A stretch of DNA of 64,000 nt from Sulfurimicrobium sp. (GTDB taxonomy: Bacteria; Pseudomonadota; Gammaproteobacteria; Burkholderiales; Sulfuricellaceae): contig JAUSBJ010000036.1 of assembly GCA_030652035.1 (NCBI GenBank), positions 45,880 to 109,879 on the forward strand. Reading direction: 5' to 3'. The number at the start of each line of letters is the position of its first letter. The first letter of the stretch is position 1. A program made the position numbers and the translations under genes. Below are positions 57,863-64,000 of this stretch, piece after piece. The notes under the pieces are model-generated. The model made no database searches. It saw nothing but the letters and a program-made list of their open reading frames with translations, and was not told the origin of the DNA.

Positions 57863-60554
57863 TCCAGTAATCCTTGCGGCACAGCCCGCGCATTTCGCAG
57901 TACTGGCAGGCCGTCGTCACGCCTTGGGCGGGCAGCGGCGCACCTTCATGGATAAACTGGAAGATGGCCTGCAGACGCTCAAGATTGGCCTCTGCAAGTT
58001 CGTCCAGCGCCTCCGGCGGTTCGAGCTGACGCACCACTTCCTCGTCCACTGCGACAAACGCCGCCTGCCGGGGCATGCTTTCGAACAGCAGGGCGTAGCA
58101 GGCGAGCTGCACGTCTTCCCCGGCGGGATTGAGCTTTTTCTTCAGGCTGTCGAAATTCTGTGTCTTGTAATCCAGCACCGCCTGTTCCACGCCTTTGCGG
58201 TCCACCCGATCCAGCCTGCCGCGCAGAGTGAGCTGCCTGCCGCCTCCCAGCGCAATCGGCCGCGTGCATGAGACTTCGCCCGCCTGCCAGCGCCAGCCTT
58301 CGTGCTCGCGCTGCCGCTGCCAGTCCAGATAACCGGGAATCGAAGCCTGCCAGCGCGACAGCCAGGCATGGCTGACGAAATCCGCCTCGATCGCCTGTTT
58401 GAAAACCACTCTGCTGATTTCAATCAGGGCCTGCTCCAGTTCATCCGGATTGCACTCCGACACCACAGGGTAACGGGCATGGAAGCGATGCAGGATGTCA
58501 TGCACGTATTCGCCGTAATCGCGCTTTTCCAGCGCCTGGGCCACCTCGTCCAGTTCGTTCAGGTGCAGCGCATGGCGCGCGAAGAACTGGTAGGGGCAGG
58601 CCATCAGGCTGTTGTAGCCGCTCGCGGAAATGGTTTCGGGCACCAGTGAAGAAGGCAATGACGGCGCTGGCGCATGCGGCGGCTCCAGCGTGAGAGGCGG
58701 CGTTGAGCGGGGCAGCTCGATATTGACCCTTAGAGGCGACTCGTAAGCCAGCACATGGAAGGTCTCCAGACGCTGGAACCACGGACTGAGCGGGTTGGGT
58801 TCGCCGTTCTTGCGCGCCTGCCACAATACCCACACTTCAGGCACGGAACTCAGCAGCCCGATCAGGTCCTGCCGCTCGGATTCCAGCGCCGTGCGGCGGT
58901 CCGGCAGACCGAGCTGGGCGCGCACCGAATGGTTGAAAAATACGCTCTCCCGGCCCGGCCCCGGCAAATGGGCCGCATCGGCGCCGGCGATGATCGCCGC
59001 GTCAAAGTGCCTCAGACGGCAGGCGGCGAGGTGGGTGAAGACCACCGGGCTGGTGATGCTTTCATCGCGGAACACCGCCTCCTCGAGTTGCTGATTGAGC
59101 CACTGCCGCCACTCGGCATAGCGGAACAGGGTCGCATCGGGAGCCAGTTCGCGCCGCAAACCCTCCAGCAACTGCAGCACCTGTTCGCCTGCCTGATCGC
59201 GCTGCAGGCCGGGCTGGATTTCAAGCAGTTCCAGGCTTTCCTCCAGGCTTTGCAACCAGGCCGCGAGCGAGCGCTGTTTTTTCTTGTCCAGTTTCTGCTG
59301 CGCCTCATACAGCATCTGCAGCAGCTCCAGCACATCTTCGTCCCCGGCTGCGAGCGCACGATAATGATGGAGGTGGGAAACCACGCTGTGCTTCCTGATC
59401 AGCAGTTCCAGGCGATACACCGTATTGCGGCGGCGAGCGGCATCCCAGGCGGAAAAGATGAACGGGGACTTGAGCAGATCGAGCAGATCCTGGAAGTGAA
59501 ACTGGCTGTCCAGGCTGTCCAGCCAGCGCACCAGCACCGTGCTGGCGCTGGTCGTGGACAAGGTCCAGCCGGTTTCATCCTGCACCAGCACTTCCGCCCG
59601 CTCCAGCAGGGCGCGCGCGCGCCGGGCTACGAGACGGTCCTGCACCACCACCGCGATGGCCGTTTTGCCCTCTGCCAGCCATTGGCCGATGCGGAACGCC
59701 AGCGCTTCGGCCTCGTGCTCCAGGCCATGGGCGCCAAAGATTGACAGGCGCTGGCCGAGCGCGCTTTCAGGCGCATTGCCGCGGCAAGCCGCCGCGCGCT
59801 CATGCATCGGTATAGCCAGTTCGGGGTCGGCCCAGGCTGATTCCAGCAGGTAAGGCAGCCCGGCCGGAGCGCCCTGCTGGCCATCGCTGACGAAGCAGTG
59901 CACGGCATGGGCTAGCGCATAGCGTTCCAGGAAAGCCTGCTCCACCGGCATCAGCGCCTTGAGCCCGATCAGATACAGCGGGCCCGCCGCTTCACTTGCC
60001 AGGCGCGACAATTGCATCTGGTAATGCGCCGCATCATCCAGTTCGCCGCTGCCCGACATGGCGAACCACAACTCGTGCACCAGCCGCGCCTCGAACTGCA
60101 TCGGTGCGCCGCGCCGCGCCTGGTAAGCCGCCTCAAGCTGCTGCAGGAAATCCTCGCCGGAAGCCGGAAGCTGCACCTGCCACAGGGTGATTTCATCGAA
60201 CAGGCGCAGCAGCTCGGCGCTGACATGCCACAAATCCCCCTGGCGAAACCATTCCCTGGCGCGCAGGGCCTGATAGATCACCGCCTGACGGCGGCTGAGC
60301 GGGATGCTTGCAACGCCGGGATCGGCCTGCCCGGCCAAGTCCCTGAGCGTCGCGAAGCGCGGCAGCAGCAAGGTAGGCACGCCTGCAGCCGCGCACAGCG
60401 CGCGGCCAAAATTTCCAGCCGCATGCAGGTTGGGCAGCAACACGGTCAAACCGCTCAGGTTAGGCAGGCGTGAGCGCTCCTGGGCAACGATTTCACGCGC
60501 CGCAGCGGTGAGCATTTGGTCCGGAGAGACCGCGTAAACGCTCAAGCCGCTCAT
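57855..60554 (-). CDS. addB: AddB-like PD-(D/E)XK nuclease subunit
   Basis: SAS...L..CPY.FFA, GRLDRVD...LDYK, CQYC...GLC Fe-S staple; coupled to addA. Confidence 0.88.
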   Translation of the reverse strand: MSGLSVYAVSPDQMLTAAAREIVAQERSRLPNLSGLTVLLPNLHAAGNFGRALCAAAGVPTLLLPRFATLRDLAGQADPGVASIPLSRRQAVIYQALRAREWFRQGDLWHVSAELLRLFDEITLWQVQLPASGEDFLQQLEAAYQARRGAPMQFEARLVHELWFAMSGSGELDDAAHYQMQLSRLASEAAGPLYLIGLKALMPVEQAFLERYALAHAVHCFVSDGQQGAPAGLPYLLESAWADPELAIPMHERAAACRGNAPESALGQRLSIFGAHGLEHEAEALAFRIGQWLAEGKTAIAVVVQDRLVARRARALLERAEVLVQDETGWTLSTTSASTVLVRWLDSLDSQFHFQDLLDLLKSPFIFSAWDAARRRNTVYRLELLIRKHSVVSHLHHYRALAAGDEDVLELLQMLYEAQQKLDKKKQRSLAAWLQSLEESLELLEIQPGLQRDQAGEQVLQLLEGLRRELAPDATLFRYAEWRQWLNQQLEEAVFRDESITSPVVFTHLAACRLRHFDAAIIAGADAAHLPGPGRESVFFNHSVRAQLGLPDRRTALESERQDLIGLLSSVPEVWVLWQARKNGEPNPLSPWFQRLETFHVLAYESPLRVNIELPRSTPPLTLEPPHAPAPSLPSSLVPETISASGYNSLMACPYQFFARHALHLNELDEVAQALEKRDYGEYVHDILHRFHARYPVVSECNPDELEQALIEISRVVFKQAIEADFVSHAWLSRWQASIPGYLDWQRQREHEGWRWQAGEVSCTRPIALGGGRQLTLRGRLDRVDRKGVEQAVLDYKTQNFDSLKKKLNPAGEDVQLACYALLFESMPRQAAFVAVDEEVVRQLEPPEALDELAEANLERLQAIFQFIHEGAPLPAQGVTTACQYCEMRGLCRKDYWNE

Positions 60555-60877
60555 TTCAGCACGAAACGCAGGCCCAGCATGGCACCCGCGGCCAGCACCG
60601 CGCCTACGGCGAAATTGAGCCAGAACGGCCAATGGCTGCGCAGCGCGAAAATGAAAGGCAGAAAGAACAGCAGCGAGGGCGGCACCAGGAAGAAAATATT
60701 GCGCGCGAAAGCGCTCACCAGCGCCTCATCCCGGGTATCCCAGTACAGCCAAACCATGGCCAGCATCGAAGTCAGCGGCAGCGCGATCACGACGGCGCCC
60801 CAGAAGGGAGAGCGCTTGGCTATTTCCACTGCAGCGAGCAGAACAGCCACGCTGATAAAAAGCTTCACCACCAGCAT
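60551..60877 (-). CDS. Small membrane protein (DUF3147-like)
   Basis: K......EIAKRS..G....ALPLTS...WLY..T pattern, four TM segments. Confidence 0.72.
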   Translation of the reverse strand: MLVVKLFISVAVLLAAVEIAKRSPFWGAVVIALPLTSMLAMVWLYWDTRDEALVSAFARNIFFLVPPSLLFFLPFIFALRSHWPFWLNFAVGAVLAAGAMLGLRFVLK

Positions 60878-61008
60878 CAATGCTTCCCTAAGTCGATATT
60901 TTTGGTTAGCATAGCGTCTACATTCGTCTTTGACCACACAATAGACACCACCCCAAACAAGCTTTAAACCAAATCATTCCCACTTTTCCGGACGTTACGA
61001 GGTAAGCC

Positions 61009-61335
61009 ATGAGCGAACATATCCATTACATCAGCGATGATTCTTTCGAGCAGGAAGTGCTGCAGTCGCAAATTCCCGTGCTGGTTGACTACTGGGCAGA
61101 CTGGTGCGGCCCCTGCAAGATGATCGCTCCGATTCTCGACGAAGTGGCGCAGGAATACTCGGGTAAAATCAAAATCGCCAAGCTCAATATCGATGAAAAC
61201 CAGGCCACTCCGCCCAAATTCGGCATTCGCGGCATCCCGACCCTGATGATTTTCAAGAACGGCAATGTGGAAGCCACCAAGGTAGGCGCCCTGTCCAAGT
61301 CCCAACTCACGGCTTTCATTGACAGCAACATCTAA
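61009..61335 (+). CDS. trxA: Thioredoxin 1
   Basis: [13 protein letters not shown]; upstream of rho. Confidence 0.98.
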   Translation: MSEHIHYISDDSFEQEVLQSQIPVLVDYWADWCGPCKMIAPILDEVAQEYSGKIKIAKLNIDENQATPPKFGIRGIPTLMIFKNGNVEATKVGALSKSQLTAFIDSNI

Positions 61336-61453
61336 AGCCGTTACCCTTTAGCCATAAAATAATTCTCTTCGACTGGCAGGCGCTTGGCTTGCCAGCTCAA
61401 GTTTCACCAGTCCCAACCTTTCCCGCACCACTTCATACAAGCGCTTCCTCTCC
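61336..61453 (+). promoter_or_regulatory. rho leader: hairpin plus C-rich, G-poor tract (probable rut site for autoregulation)
   Basis: CTGGCAGG/CTTGCCAG stem followed by a C>>G stretch; rho autoregulation is established in E. coli. Confidence 0.45.
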
Positions 61454-62713
<1,260 letters not shown>

Positions 62714-62780
62714 GCTTCCAGGCCGCAGCCGCTTCGCGGTCGCACGTGCCGAGGCTCCACGCTACGCAGCCGCACCTCTC

Positions 62781-62859
62781 AGCAATGGAATTCCTGCTCG
62801 ACAAGATCAAGGCCACCAAGAGCAACGCCGACTTCTTCGACTCCATGCGCCGAGGCTAG
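62781..62859 (+). repeat. Second copy of the last 79 bp of rho
   Basis: 75/79 identical to 62635-62713; all four differences are third-position synonymous. Confidence 0.93.
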
Positions 62860-62988
62860 TACCATGTAACACCTTAAACTAACCCCCTTCAATCCCCCCT
62901 TGTCAGGGGGGAAGCCTTTAAGCCTCCCCTGACAAGGGGAGGTTTGGAGGGGTTGGTTTGCGAAGATTCATGTGTTACATTGTACTAG
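62856..62988. mobile_element. MITE-like element with 17-bp terminal IR, containing the CCCCTTGTCAGGGG element (62881-62954)
   Basis: CTAGTACCATGTAACAC ... GTGTTACATTGTACTAG (16/17); CTAG at both ends. Confidence 0.8.
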
Positions 62989-63021
62989 GCTTCCAGGCTG
63001 CGACTGCTTCGCAGTCGCCAC

Positions 63022-64000
63022 ACTCCCCGCACCACTCTCCCCTAAGGGCGGGCGCTACACGCCGCCGCACCGTGCTGGACAACGCCAAGCGCGTTTCAAT
63101 CCTCGCCCGCCCCTGAGGGCGGGCGCTACACGGGCCACAAACCCTGATGGCGCTATCGCTCGAGTTTCAATCCTCGCCCGCCCCTGAGGGCGGGCGCTAC
63201 AGGCTGCAATCGGTACGTTCCTGGCTGGATGAAATGTTTCAATCCTCGCCCGCCCCTGAGGGCGGGCGCTACCACGATCTCGATGTTCTTGGTCCAATGT
63301 TCGAGTGTTTCAATCCTCGCCCGCCCCTGAGGGCGGGCGCTACAAGGCCAAGCTCAAGCGCTGCAAGGTAGCCACCAAGTTTCAATCCTCGCCCGCCCCT
63401 GAGGGCGGGCGCTACAATCAGGCTCTCCACCCTCAACAACAAGTGGATCGTTTCAATCCTCGCCCGCCCCTGAGGGCGGGCGCTACGCTTATCTGATTAT
63501 TCGAAGACTGTAGCATTTTCGTTTCAATCCTCGCCCGCCCCTGAGGGCGGGCGCTACCGGGGCGCGGCGGCGCTATAGGTCGGAGGGGTATGTTTCAATC
63601 CTCGCCCGCCCCTGAGGGCGGGCGCTACAGTTCTGGTGCGGTGAAGTCGGAATAAACATAAAGTTTCAATCCTCGCCCGCCCCTGAGGGCGGGCGCTACG
63701 TAACGCTTGAAAATACGATGTAAATCCATAACCGTTTCAATCCTCGCCCGCCCCTGAGGGCGGGCGCTACTTACCACGCCCAGGCGTTTCGGCCCGGACA
63801 AAACTGTTTCAATCCTCGCCCGCCCCTGAGGGCGGGCGCTACATTGAGGTGCTCATGGCGGCAGAGTATCAATTTTTGTTTCAATCCTCGCCCGCCCCTG
63901 AGGGCGGGCGCTACCTTGATACCAGCCAAAACCATCATGAGCATCACAGTTTCAATCCTCGCCCGCCCCTGAGGGCGGGCGCTACGCCGGTTTCCAGATC
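63022..64000 (-). CRISPR. CRISPR array with a type I-C-like 37-bp repeat; 13 intact repeats (63093-63985) plus a degenerate terminal repeat; continues beyond the window
   Basis: Repeat GTAGCGCCCGCCCTCAGGGGCGGGCGAGGATTGAAAC on the minus strand (hairpin, ends ATTGAAAC); 13 complete unique spacers of 34-35 nt; the degenerate copy at 63022-63058 marks the trailer end. Confidence 0.98.

Noticed and set aside
57855-58700. Cas4-like nuclease near the CRISPR array
   Set aside because: It is the C-terminal Fe-S nuclease domain of AddB within the addAB operon, not a cas gene.
62972-63496. Short ORFs with FQSSPAPEGGRY repeats
   Set aside because: Translations of CRISPR repeats.

Overview
About 60% GC betaproteobacterial chromosome segment; gene content and order resemble Nitrosomonadales such as Sulfuricella (inference only). 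The core backbone is rlmD, rne/rluC, a HAD phosphatase, an S49 peptidase, a PLP-dependent decarboxylase, a type II secretion cluster (gspN, then a Pho-box-preceded PhoX-family lipoprotein, then gspCDEFGHIJKLM), a pilE-fimT-pilVWXY1 operon, valS-holC-pepA, lptFG, an ECF sigma module, ilvIHC-psd-pssA, a DEAD-box helicase, addAB, trxA and rho. The window ends in a type I-C-like CRISPR array that runs off the edge, with no cas genes in view. Five type II toxin-antitoxin loci are present, two with decayed toxins. The most unusual signal is at DNA level. (1) At three sites, accessory DNA lies between diverged direct repeats of an 'anchor': the gspE 3' tail, a ~135-bp non-coding unit in the TA array, and the rho 3' tail. 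The duplicated gene tails differ only at synonymous positions, and no integrase or transposase is in the window. (2) Several families of small palindromic elements (7-mer hairpins starting at stop codons, 9/10-mer hairpins, a CCCCTTGTCAGGGG element, MITE-like shells) are present. Some are inserted in frame in AddA or lie in the cleavable prepilin leaders of GspJ and FimT. All alignments were done by eye.
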